Below, in pieces: positions 41,938 through 54,740 of a DNA stretch of 64,000 bases. Origin of the DNA: Felis catus (taxonomy: Eukaryota); contig NC_058368.1 of NCBI RefSeq assembly GCF_018350175.1, positions 231,262,001-231,326,000 of the forward strand. Reading direction: 5' to 3'. How positions within the stretch are numbered: position 1 is the stretch's first letter; every line of letters starts with the position of its first letter. The notes under the pieces were generated by a model. The model saw nothing but the letters and a program-made list of their open reading frames with translations, had not been told where the DNA came from and did no database searches. Made by a program: the position numbers and the translations under genes.

Positions 41938-42864
41938 TTAAATTATCTTCCTGAAGTGTGGGTCCTGGAGCCAGACGCGGAGCCAGGGGTGGCCCGGCCA
42001 GCGCAGAGGGGAACGGATGACCCCCTTCCTCGCTCTGAACTAGTCTTCAGACTGATGCTTGATACTCGATGCGCGTGGAGTTTTTATTTCTGCTTCTGAT
42101 AAGTTGTCTGTCACACACAATCTTCTTATATAAACCATGTCAGTGGAGTTTTGGGGGTTTTTTTTTGGACCCAAGTGCATTTTATGTTTTTGAAGCAAGT
42201 GAAAAAATGAACTGTTTTCCTTTTTGTAAGTTTTGTCACGTTGGTTTGTCCCACTGCTGCAGGTTTTTAAGGGATTTTGGACACTAATTCAATCATCCAA
42301 TTATTTACTTGTCCCCGTGTACCTTATGCCGCATACAACGTTAATAACCATGAAATTAGTGCTCTCATCTACATTATTTGAAAGGAACAGCCAAAAATTT
42401 TGAATGAGACAGAGCCCTAGGACCTCCCCGTCCTATAAACTATCAGCGCTCGCAGAAGGTGGCTGTTCATTAATTTATGCTCTACTCAGTGATGCCCTCG
42501 CTCTGACTGTTAGGACATGTAGATGAGTGTGGTCTAGGATGGGTTTCATCACTGTGTCCAGCCTGGAGGATGATGCCTGCATGTCTTAGGCAGTCCATAA
42601 ATATTTATTGAATAAATGTGTAAGTGAAGGACGTCAGGGGAGAGTGGACACACATCTTACTGAAGTCCAGCCACATTATCTTTTCCCTTTATTTCGACCT
42701 GGTGGCATTGGTATACTACTAGTTAAAAAAGAACATCCCCAGAATTCATTCCTGGCAATCTGTACTGTCTCCTGGAGTCTCTACGGGGTTTTTTTTTTTT
42801 TTTTTTTTTTTTTTTTGGACTCCTATGTTATTATTTGCCTTCATACATTTTCTTTTTCGTTCCT

Positions 42865-43130
42865 TTTTTTAAAAAATTTTTTTAACGTTTATTTATTTTT
42901 GAGACAGAGAGAGACAGAGCATGAATGGGGGAGGGTCAGAGAGAGAGGGAGACACAGAATCCGAAACAGGCTCCAGGCTCTGAGCGGTCAGCACAGAGCC
43001 CGATGCGGGGCTCAAACTCACGGACGTGAGATCATGACCTGAGCTGAAGTCGGAGGCTTAACTGACTGAGCCACCCAGGTGCCCCTCTTTTTCATTCCTT
43101 TTTAAAAAAACTTTAATGTTTTATTTATAT

Positions 43131-43170
<40 letters not shown>

Positions 43171-43605
43171 ACATGAGTGGGGGGTGGGGGGGGGTGTGGG
43201 CTCAGAGAGAGAGGGAGACATAGAATCCGAAGCAGGCTCCAGTCTCTGAGCCATCAGCACAGAGCCCGATGTGGGGCTCCAACCCACGAACCGCGAGATC
43301 ATGACCTGAGCTGAAGACAGATGCCCAACTGACTGAGCCACCCGGGCACCCTTCTTTTTCTTTCTTAAAAAAATTTATTGAGGGGGTGCCTGGGTGGCAC
43401 AGTCGGTTAAGCGTCCGACTTCAGCCAGGTCACGATCTCGCGGTCCGTGAGTTCGAGCCCCGCGTCAGGCTCTGGGCTGATGGCTCAGAGCCTGGAGCCT
43501 GTTTCCGATTCTGTGTCTCCCTCTCTCTCTGCCCCTCCCCCGTTCATGCTCTGTCTCTCTCTGTCCCAAAAATAAATAAACGTTGAAAAAAAAATTAAAA
43601 AAAAA
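42865..43605. mobile_element. SINE cluster: two reverse copies (42865-43085, 43098-43351) and one young forward copy (43382-43605)
   Basis: The forward copy is flanked by the TSD AAAAAATTTATTGAGG. Confidence 0.9.
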
Positions 43606-44070
43606 ATTTATTGAGGTATAATAGATCCCCTGCCCCCCCAAAAAAACCAAACCTCACAAAAAGCTGCACATGTTTATTTAATGTATACAATTTGATGAGT
43701 TTGGACATACAAACCCATGAAACCATCACCACAACCAAGGTAATAAACATATCCGTCATTTCCAGAAGGTTCCTCCTGCTCTTTTTTTTTTTGTTGTTGA
43801 TGCTGTCTTGCTGGTAAGAACTCTGACGGTGAGATTTTGAAGAGAACAACACTGAATTGCTAATTCCAGGCGCTGTAATGAGAGGCAGATCTCTCGAATT
43901 TATTCACCCCACATGACTGAAACTTTAGACCCCCAAGGAGCAGCTCCCCAGTTCCCCCCTCCCTCAGCACTTGGTGACCTCCATTCTATTCTCTGCTTCT
44001 AGGAGCTTGACTGTTTTGGAGTCCTGCGGTATTTGGCCTTCTGTGGCTGGTTTACTTCCCTCCGCAGAGT
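43606..44070 (-). mobile_element. Old L1MA-type 3' fragments
   Basis: TTTATTGAGGTATAA, GTATACAATTTGATGAGTTT, CCATTCTATTCTCTGCTTCTA. Confidence 0.65.
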
Positions 44071-44304
44071 GTTGTCCGGGTCTAGCCGCGTGTGACTTCC
44101 TCTCTGTAGGGCCCGCTCTTTCCCGAGGTTAACTAACGCCCAGCCTGTGGGTCTGTCGTGCCCAGATCTTCCTCCCCTTGTAAGACTTCACTAATATTCG
44201 TGGACCACCCTGGATCTCTGGCACTTCTGTTCTACACAATCTCTCCAACTCCAGTAAGTGATTTGGCTGTCTCATGTACACGACTTCTCAGTTTTCTGGA
44301 GTTT

Positions 44305-44637
44305 TCAGTTGGTTGAGTGCCCGACTCTTGATTTTGGCTCAGGTCATGATCTCAGGGTTCATGGGTTCAAGCCCCATGTTGTGCTCTGAGCTGACAGCAC
44401 GGAGCCTACTTGGGATTCTCTCTCCCACTCTCTTTGCCCCTCCCCGGCTTTCATGCACTCACTCACTCTCTCTCAAAATAAGTAAGTAAACATTTTTAAA
44501 AATTTGTGTTCACAAAAGAAAGCCTGCATGCCAATGTTTATAGTGACTTTACTCATAATCATCAAAACGTGGAAAAAATCCAAATGTTTTTCTTTTGGTG
44601 AATGATAAAGTCAGGGGCGTTCATACAGTGGAGCCTA
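44305..44637 (+). repeat. Composite inverted duplicate of 46748-46945 (SINE) plus 47383-47527 (L1)
   Basis: Direct reverse-complement comparison; see findings. Confidence 0.75.
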
Positions 44638-44716
44638 TTTGGTTCTAACATGAATTCATTTAGACCAGTTAACTGACCAAGCTCTCTCTCTCTGTAGATA
44701 AAAAAAGCCCGAGTTA

Positions 44717-44929
44717 GGGGCGCCTGGGTGGCTCAGTCGGTTAAGCGTCCGACTTTGGCTTAGGTCATGATCTCACAGTTCGTGGGTTCAAGTCCCACGT
44801 CGGGCTCTGTGCTGACAGCCCAGAGCCTGGAGCCTGCTTTGGATTCTGTGTCTCCCTCTTTCTCTGCCCCTCCCCTGCTGATACTCTCTCTCTCTCTCAA
44901 AAACAAATAATAAAGATTAAAAAAAAAAA
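44717..44929 (+). mobile_element. CAN-SINE with TSD
   Basis: AAAAAAAGCCC(G/A)AGTTAG on both flanks. Confidence 0.9.
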
Positions 44930-45050
44930 GCCCAAGTTAGAATACATTTTGCTATCCTGTTTTTCTTAAACTTCCTTTTGTTTTTTTATGACTGAAATTG
45001 TAGCAGTGTTAGTTTCTTCCTGTGTAAATCAGCCTAAATTTGGAATTTCT

Positions 45051-45334
45051 TTTTTAAAAATATATATATGTATATATATATTTATATATATATATACATG
45101 TATACATACACACATATGTATATATTTTTAATGTTTATTTATTTTTGAGAGAGAGAGACAAACAGACCATGAGTGGTGTAAGGGCAGAGAGAGAGGGAGA
45201 CACGGAATCTGAAGCAGGCTCCAGGCTCTGAGCTGTTAGCACAGAGCCCGATGCAAGGCTTGAACTCATAAACCATGAGATCACGACCTGAGTCGAAGTT
45301 GGACCCTCAACCAACTGGGCCACCCAGGCGCCCC
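45051..45334 (-). mobile_element. CAN-SINE whose tail has decayed into a (TA)n microsatellite
   Basis: TSD CCTAAATTTGGAATTTCT at 45033 and 45334 encloses both the (TA)n and the SINE. Confidence 0.88.
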
Positions 45335-46470
45335 CTAAATTTGGAATTTCTAGTGAAAAATTTTCCTCTTAGCAGGAGCACTAATTGGGAGAACACTTCT
45401 TCCCATTCACAATTTTTCATTTTTAATGTGTCAATTAAAATCTAAGTATTTTGGGGGTGGTGGGTTCCCAAAATAGAGCAATGGATTTTGCATTTACTGC
45501 ACACTTCTGCTTTTATTTACGATTTATGAAGTACTTGCCATCTGATAGTCTTTTTCCCCCATCCACCAGTTCAGCTGGGCTGGTTACTCTCTTCCTCCCT
45601 CCGACATTCACCTTCATCTTCTTTTCTGTCCCGTCTCTCTTGCACCTGGGACCCTGTGCTCTTTCTGTCCTTGATGGGGTCTGAGGCTTTTCCTTCCACA
45701 GTTTAATTTTTCTGAATACGATCTGTGATTGCAAAATTCACGCCCTAATGAAGCCTCTTGTCATTTTGTTCACATTTAACTAGGCGTCATCTTGTTTTTT
45801 TTTTTTTTTTAATGTTTTATTTTGTAGCCTATCTGCTGATGTAGCATCACTTTTGTTTCCAGTGAGTGAAAGGAAAACATTTCCACCCACTTGGTAGTTA
45901 GGCAAAGGGAAGGGAAAAAGCTTGAGTGCTCAGCGATTCTCTGAGATGAGAAAGGAACGTGATGGGTTTGCATTTGATTCTGCCTCATGGTTTGATTCAC
46001 GTGTCGATGTTTGGGATCTTCAGTAGTTTGGTGATTATTTGTCCAGGTTTTTTATGTGATGCCTTTTCAGACATGAATTTTGGTCCTATGTAAAGAGTGT
46101 TTCCCTAAAAACAGAAGATTCTGATTTTTTGTTTCCAGGTGTAAAGAATTACTTTGCTACAGAACACAATGTGTTGTGTTGAAATGGATATGAACAAACA
46201 AATATTTCAAATTATCCATGTGACTGTTGGTCAGATCCCGCAGACTGCTAGCAAACGTGAAAATAATCGACTGTGATGAATTCTTTCCCAGAAGCAAATG
46301 AACTATTTATTGCTTGAATTAAGACAAGAAAGGATTTTACTGTTCAATTTGTGTGTGGAGGGAAATGATAAAGGACAGTGATTTGCTAGTTACAATTTTT
46401 TTAATCCCCACAACAGGAGAAAGCTTCAGAGTTTCAGAGTGGGTTTGATGTACATATATATTTAGCCTTC

Positions 46471-46638
46471 TAAAAAAAGTGTATTTATTTCTTTTTGAGA
46501 GAGAGTGAGAGAGAATCCCAAGCAGGCTCCATGCTGCCAGCACAGAGACTGACACGGGGCTCAAACCTACAAGCCCTGAGATCATGACCTGAGCCAAATC
46601 AAGAGTCAAGATGCTTAACAGAGCAACCCAAGTGCTCC
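46471..46638 (-). mobile_element. CAN-SINE
   Basis: Reverse copy with an internal deletion. Confidence 0.8.
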
Positions 46639-46747
46639 TATATATATTTCTAACAGGCAGACCTTTGTTCAGAAAAACTAATATTCTGGCCTAAAAAAGT
46701 GTCCAAGTGTAGGCCATTTAGGATGATGTATATTAGTACTATGTAGA

Positions 46748-46960
46748 AAATTCTTAAAAATGTTTACTTATTTATTTTGAGAGAGAGAGAGAGGGAGTGA
46801 GCGAGCATGAAAGCCAGGGAGGGGCAGAGAGGGTGAAAGAGAATTCCAAGTAGGCTCCGTGCTATGAGCGAAGAGCCCAACGTGGGGCTTGAACCCATGA
46901 ACCCTGAGATCATGACCTGAGCCGAAGTCAAGAGTCGGACGCTGAGCCACCCAGGCGCCC
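46748..46960 (-). mobile_element. CAN-SINE with TSD TATGTAGAAA
   Basis: Complete reverse copy; TSD on both flanks. Confidence 0.88.
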
Positions 46961-47024
46961 TTATGTAGAAATGTTTTAACATACTATTTGTAGGTGTTAA
47001 TGGTAGAGTAGGAATGCTAGACAC

Positions 47025-49450
47025 TTAAAAACAGTGAGGTATGATTTACGTACAGAAAAATTCACCCTTTTTGGTCTTCAGTGCTCTGAGTTTTGACAAA
47101 TGCATATGGTCACATAAGTACCACACGATCAGGATAGAGAATAATCCTGCTACCACAGAATCCCCACCTGCCCCACGGTGGTCGTCAGTGCCTCATCTGA
47201 CTCCTGTTCCCTGGCAACCACTGATCTCTTTCCTGTCCCTTTAGTCTGCCCTTTTCCAGAATGTGACGTAGACAGAATCATACAGAATGTAGCCTCTTGT
47301 GTCTGGCTTCTCTCACTCAGCGTAATGCATTTGAAATTCATCCCTGTTGTTTGTTCGGTGTTTATTACTCTCCCTTGCTGAGTAGGGCTCCACTGTATGA
47401 ATGCCCCTGACTTTATCATTCACCAATAGAAAAACATTTGGATTTTTTTTTTTTCCAGTTTTTGATGATGATGAGTAAAGTCACTATAAACATGGCATGT
47501 AGGCTTTCTTTTGTGAACCCGAATTTTGCCAAAGTGGGTAATTCCCTGGGGGTGGGATTGCGGGCTTGTGTGTTAACTTCATAAGAGACTGCAGTATAGG
47601 ACAGTTCCCATTGCTTTGTGTCCTTACTGCCTGGTTTTCTTAATTTTCTTCCCTCCATTCTAATAGGTTCGTCCTGGTTTCTTACTAGGGTTTCAATTTG
47701 CATTTTGTGAAGCATCTCTTTGTAATCTTATTGTGCCCATATATCTTCTTTGGTGCAGTGTCTGTTCAAATCTTTTGCTTGTTTTCAAAACTGTGTTGCT
47801 CGTTTACATATTACTGGGGATTTTGACAGTTCTGTATATATTTAGGATACAAATCCTTTGTCTTACATATGTTTTGCCAGTACTTGCTCTCAGTTTGTGG
47901 CCTTTCTTTTTCATTCAGTTAAGAGCATCTTTTGCAAAGGAGAAGGCTTTAATTTTGATGAAGTCCAATTAATCGTTTCTGAATTCTGCTTTGGTGACAT
48001 AGCTGAGAAATCTTTCCTAAGGTCACAGAGATTTTCTCCTATGTTTACTTTTAGAAGTTTTATAGTTTTAGACTTTATATTTAAGTCTCTGGTCCATTTT
48101 AGGGTAAATTTTGTTTGTGGGGTGAAGTATAGATGAAGGTTTGTTTCTTTGCATGTGGCTGTCCAGTCGTCCCAGCAGAATTTACTGAAAAGACTTCTTT
48201 CTTTATTGAGTTACCAGTGCATCTGTATCGAAAATCATTTGACAAAATGTATAAGAATCCACTTAAAAAAAATGTTTATCTGTTTTTGAGAGAGTGCGAG
48301 AGACAGAGTGTGAGCAGATGAGAGGCAGAGAGAGAAGGAAACACAGAATCTGAAGCAGGCTCCGGGCTCTGGGCTGTCAGCATAGAGCCCCACGCGAGAC
48401 TCGAACTCATGGACCATGAAATGGTGACCTGAGCCGAAGTTGGATGCTTAACTGACTGAGCCACCCAGGCGCCCCAATTTTTTCTTATTAAAAAAACCTT
48501 AATTTTAGTATAGCTAACATACAGTGTTATATTAGTTTCAGATGTACAAAATAGTGATTCAACAGTTCTGTACATTACTCAGTGCTCATCACAAATGCCC
48601 ACCTCACCCACCTCCCAGCCTCCCCTCCGGTAACCATCAGTGTGCTCCCTATAGTTAAGAGTCTGTTTCTTGGTTTGTCTCTCTCCCTCTTTTTTCCTTT
48701 GCTCATTTGTTTTGTTTTTAAAGTCCACACGTGAGTGAAATCATATGGTATTTGTCTTTCTCTGGCTGGCTTACGTCAGTTGATGGACACTTCCATCATA
48801 TGGACTGCTTCCATAATTTGGCTATCATAAATAATGCTGCTATACGCATAGGGTGGATATATGTTTTCAGACGAGTGTTTTCATATTCTTTGGGCAAATA
48901 CCCAATAGTGGAATTGCTGGATCCTATGGTAATCCTATTTCTAATTTTCTGAGGAACCTCCAGACTGTTTTTCACAGTGGCTGCACCAGTGTGCATTCCC
49001 ACCAACAGTGCATGAGGGCTCATTTTTCTCCACATCCTCAGCGGTACTCGTTGTTTCTTCTGCTTTTGGTTTCAGCCATTCTGACAGGGGTGAGGGGATA
49101 GCTCATTGTAGTTTTGGTTTGCATTCCACTGATGATGAGTGATGTTGAGCATCTTGTCCTGGGTCTGTTGGCCATCTGTAAGTATGTGAGTCTATTTCTT
49201 GACTATATATTTTATTCCATCGATCTATGTGTCTATGCTTTCTTCCATAACATACGGTCTTAAGTACTAGCTTATGATAAGTCTGAAAAGCGGATGGGGA
49301 GTCCTCCAACTTTGATCTTGTAAAAAAAGTGTTTTGGCTGTTTCATTTCCTTTGCCTTTCCATATGAATTTTAGAATCAGCTTGTCAATTTCAACAAAAA
49401 AGTCTACTGGGATTTTAAAAAGGTTTGCACTGAATCTACAGAATATATTA
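47025..49450 (-). mobile_element. Old L1M fragment interrupted by a SINE (48264-48475) and a carnivore L1 3' fragment (~48480-49175)
   Basis: Antisense L1 ORF2/3' UTR motifs (TTTTGATGAAGTCCAATT, CATATGAATTTTAGAATCAGCTTGTC). Confidence 0.8.
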
Positions 49451-50507
49451 AATGTGTATTATATATATATATATATATATATATTTCTATATAAAATGAT
49501 AACCACTAGAACAAATATGCCATCCTTTATAAATACCATAAGAAATTTAAAGAGTGCCAAAGTGGTGTCATCACTGAGTGCTAAGCCTGTATTCACGCAC
49601 GATTCTAATTAGTAGGGACTGTTCTAGATGATGGGACGCTGAGAAGAGCCTGTACTAGCTCTAAGGATTTTTTTTTTCTATCTACTTTATCTTCAAAAAA
49701 TCCTTTCCTTTTGACAATTTGAGATCCTTATGAGTAACTTTTTAAAGGAGTTTTGTAGGAGCTGATGTCTTTTTCATTCTTACTGTTTCAAGAGAGCATT
49801 TTCAGTCTTTCTTCACCTTCTTGGAATTAGTCAGGTAGAAATGTGATTCCAACAGTAAGCTACTTGTGTCAGTGTCAGTCCTGCTTTCTTCACACTCACT
49901 TGTTTGGAAAATCTTTGATTCAGAGTAGGAATTTTGAGTTCCTACGTGGTATGGGCCACATGGTTCAATTTGTCTGTTATGGTTGTTTTCTCTCTCATCT
50001 GGCCTACCTACTCTTAAAAATGTTTGTAATGTTGGTGACATTGGGCAAGACATTTCCTTTTTCTTTTTTTAAAAACGTTTTTTAGAATTTATTTTTAAAC
50101 ATAATTTATTGTCTAGTTAGCTAACACAGTATATACAGTGTGCTCTTGGTTTTGGGGGTAGATTCCTGTGATTTATCATTTACATACACTACCCAGTGCT
50201 CATCCCAACAAGGGGGCAAGACTTTTCATTTCTCACTTTCTCTTACTAAAAATATGAAATGAAGATATTAGTACCTGATTTCTCTCTCCCTTTACATGAC
50301 TTGTGAGAATTCTGAGAAGCAGACTTTTCATAAGAGAGGAGTTATAAACATTATAGTTGTAATGTATTTTTAGTAAGAAATCTATTTTGATAACAATTGA
50401 CATATTTGATCATTATAATTCAAATCCAACATAAAGAGTGCCTTCTAGAATTTATTATGTATTTGCAGTGTCAGTGCTAGAATGATGTTAAACATAATGG
50501 TTCTTTC

Positions 50508-50544
50508 TTTTTAAAAAAATTTATGTATGTATGTATGTATGTGT

Positions 50545-50593
<49 letters not shown>

Positions 50594-50727
50594 AGAGAGA
50601 ATCCTAAGCAGGTTCAGCACTGTCAGTGCAGAGCCTGACATGGGTCTTGAACTCATGAACCATGAGATCATGACCTGAGCTGAAATCAAGAGTCAGATGC
50701 TTAACCAGCTGACCCACCCAGGCGCCC
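50508..50727 (-). mobile_element. CAN-SINE with (TATG)n and (GA)n microsatellites
   Basis: Reverse copy with a long GA run at 50546-50587. Confidence 0.88.
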
Positions 50728-51711
50728 TGCATGATGGACATTTTACATTCCAGTGTTTTAAGTGTTCAGCAGTCTCTCTAGTGTTTCCCCTTGCCATTTG
50801 ATAAAGAATAACAGGTTGATCTTTAGATTTGTAGGTCAGTGTATACCATCTGAGGTTATAAGATAATTAAGTCATATCTTTATAATTATCTTTTAAGAGT
50901 GACCCTTAATGAACATTAGATTACAGCTGTTTTCTTGGTCTGATTGCAAATGTTTTTCCAGTATTACACACACATGTACACACTGTTTTTGAAAAGGACC
51001 TTGTAAAATTTTTGGTGGATCAATGGATATTAGACACCAGGTGCATTTACTGCAGAATAGTTCTCAGTAGTTGAAATATGCTAGTCTTAACAATAGCTGG
51101 TACTTTATTTAAACTTAATTGATCATATGCTTTGTAAAACGATAAAACATGTTCAGGAAAGGGAGAAGGTGGGGCATAATCAATGAATGGATGTGATTTA
51201 CCTCCTACTGAAAAAAATCATGGCAGAATATTTTATTACAATTATCCCAATGAAAACAGTGATTTTTGATCATCTTATTAGTCATTACTCTGTAGAAACA
51301 ATGTGACATGTTTTTACATCAACACTATAAGATACAGAAAAGTAATGATAAAATTTTTTCTCTATTAGGGAAAATAGATGTAACAAAGCAAAATATGATG
51401 TTTAGTGTTTAATTGCTATAACTTTTATATGCTTCTACTTAATATGTTTATTAACACATCTTTCTTCCCCCAAGTTTTTATTTAAATTTGAGCTAGTTAA
51501 CATACAGTGCGTTATTAGTTTCAGGTGTAGAGCTATAACTTTTTATACAGTATTTTGGACATAATCACATTTTCACATGTCTTAGTATTTTATCTGATGC
51601 TTTTTTTTTTTAAAGAAACTTATACTTTGTTAGAACATCAATTTTTTTTCAATCTTTTATTTAAATTCTAGCTCGTTAACACATAGTGTAATACTGGTTT
51701 AAGGAGTCGAA

Positions 51712-54325
51712 TTGGACATTTGGGTTGTTTCCACGTTTTGGCTCTTAGAAATAATGCTGCTGGGGCGCCTGAGTGGCCCAGTCGGTTAAGCGTCCGACTT
51801 CGGCTCAGGTCACGATTTTGCGGCTCGTGAGTTCGAGCCCCGCGTCAGGCTCTGTGCTGACAGCTCGGAGCCTGGAGCCTGCTTCGGATTCTGTGTCTCC
51901 CTCTCTCTCTCTGAGCCCCTCCCATGCTCACGCTCTGTCTCTCTCTGTCTCTCAATAATAAATAAATGTTAAAAAAATTAAAAAAAAAAAGAAATAATGC
52001 TGCTACAGACATCCGTGCATGTGTTTTTATGCAAACGTGCGTTTTCAGTTCTCTTGCTGGGTCCTATGGTAATTCTGTGTTTAACATTTTTGACGCCCTG
52101 GCAAACTGTATTCCACAGCGGCTGCACCATTTTACATTCTCACCAGCGTGTGGGGGTTCTAACTTCTCTACATCTCACCGACGCTTGTTATTGTCCATCT
52201 TTTTGATTACGGCCATTCTAGTGGGCGTGAAGTGGTATCGTCACACTGTGGCATTGATTTGTATTTCTCTGATGACGAAAGATGCTGAGTATCTTTTCAT
52301 GTGCTTATTGGCCACTTAAATATATTATTTGGAGACATACATATTCAACTCCCTTGCCCATTGGAGACACTGGGTTGTATATTCTTGTATTGCTCTGCTG
52401 TGGGAGTTCGTAAATATTCTGGACAAGAGGCTTTTATCAGGTGTATGATTTGTGAAGGTTTTCTCCCATTCTGTGGACTGTCTTTTCACTTTCTTGACAG
52501 CGTCAAAAGCACGAAAGTGAACGCAAGAGTTTTTAGTTTTGGTGAAGTCAGTTCATCTTTTCGTTGCTTGCGCTTTTGGTGTCACATCTAAGAAACCGTT
52601 GCCTCATTCATGGCTGTGCGTGTTTACTCCTATGTTTTCTTCTAAAGTTTGGTAGATTTAGCTCTTACATTTGGGTCTTTGATCCATTTGGAGTTACTTT
52701 TTGTATATCATATGACACAGAATTGGTATTTCATCATTTTGCACGTGGCTATCCAGTTGTCCCAGTACCATTTGATGACTGTTGTCTCTCCACTGAATTG
52801 TCATGGTGCCCTTGTCACAACCCAATTGACAAGAGATGTATGGTTTCATTTCAGGACTCTTAATTTTATTTCATTGACCTGTAAGTCTGTTCTTTTTTTT
52901 TTTTTTTAATTTTTTTTTAAATCTCTATTTATTTTTGAGAGAGAGACAGCGTGTGAGCAGGGGAGGAGCAGAGAGAGAGGGAGACACAGAATCCGAAGCA
53001 GGCTCCAGGTTCTGTGCTGACATCTCAGAAGGGCCCAAACGCACAAACTGTGAGATCATGACCTGAGCCAAAGTCAGACATTTAGCTGATTGAGCCACCC
53101 AGGTGCCCCAACAATATTACATTCTTCTTCATGAAAATGGGATGTCATTTAATTTATTTAGATCTTTAATTTTTTTCAACAGTGTTGTGTAGTTCCTTGC
53201 ATTCAAATCTTGTACTTATTTTATTAAGTGTATTCCTAGCTATTTTATTTTTTTATGCTATTGTAAATGGAATTTTCTTAATTTCCTTTTCAGATTCTTT
53301 GTTGCTAGTGTATAAAAATGTAATTGATTCTTGTATATTGATCTTGCGCCCCACTACCTTTCTGAGCTTGTCTATTAGTTCTAATAGTGTATTTGTGAAT
53401 CCCTTAGGATTTTCTTTCTTTCTTTTTTTTTTTTTTTAAGTTTATTTATTGTAGAGAAAAAGAGAGACTGTGTGTGTGCATGCGCGAGCAGAGGAGGGAC
53501 AGGGGTTGGGAGGCGGAGAAAATCCTAAGCAGGCTCTATTCTGTCAGTGTGGGGCCTGACATGGGGCTTGATCCCATGAACCATGAGATTATGACCTGAG
53601 CTGAAATCAAGAGTCAGACGCTTAACTGACTGAGCCACCTAGGTGCCCTCTCTTAGGATTTTTTATGCACAAGATCATATCTTATCTGCGTACTTTTATT
53701 TCTTTTTCTTGTCCAATCGCCTTCTCTAGAACCTCCAGTATAGTGTTGAATAGAAGCTGTGAGAGTAGACATCCTTGTCTTTTCCTGATCTTAGGGGGGA
53801 AGTTTTCCATCTTTTAACATTAAGTATAATGTCATATGTGGGGCGTTTTGTAGATACCCTTTATCAGGATGAGAACGTTTCCTTCTATTCCTAGTTTATT
53901 GTGTTGGTGTGATGAAAGGGTGTTAGATTTTATCAAACGCTTTTTCTTCGTCTATTGACACAATGACGTGGTCTTCATTTTTAATTCTATTAGTGTGATG
54001 CATTACCTGGATTTTCATATACTGAGTCAAACTTGCTTCCCTGGGATAAATCCCATTTACCTGTGGTGGATGATTTTTTATATGTTACTAGATTCAGTTT
54101 GCTAGCATTTTGTTGAGGATTTTTGTGCCTGTCGTCATAAGGGATGTGAGCCTGTTTTCTTTTCTTGTAACGTCTTTGTCTGGTTTTTGTATCAGGATAA
54201 TACTGGACGTAGAATGAGTTATGAAAATGTTGCCCCCTCTTCTGTCTTTTGGTAGAGTTTGTGAAAGGCTGATGTTAAGGCTTCTTTAAACATTTGGTAG
54301 AATCCACCAGGGAAGCCATCTGGTT
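51712..54325 (-). mobile_element. Old L1MB-type fragment interrupted by SINEs at 51762-51990 (+), 52892-53109 (-) and 53415-53648 (-)
   Basis: Antisense ORF2 motifs; SINE TSDs AGAAATAATGCTGCT and CTTAGGATTTT. Confidence 0.8.
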
Positions 54326-54740
54326 TTGAAGAAAACAAAATCTGTATTTAGCTTTACATACATCAAGGACCAATGTAGTAATATTTTGCATCATAGTTTG
54401 GTTATCATGTAAATAGTTTCCTTATTTAAATACCTTTAGAAATAACTCACCTTCCCAAATGAATTGTTAAAAATCAGATCCATTGGTAATTGACTAGTTT
54501 CAAAATTAACAGCTTACACTAAGGAATTATATTTGATGGACTCTGTTATGTTTTAACTGATTGAAACCACTACTTGAACAAATCCATTTATTCAGTAGTC
54601 ATTTGTGGCATATCTATTATGTGTTAGATTTAGAAGAGAAATTTTAACGTGAGCATAATGTTTTAATTTGCTGTTGTGGAGAGACTTCAGTTGTAATGTA
54701 CATAATCAGTTGTATACTGGTTAAGAGTGGAAATTTCTTG

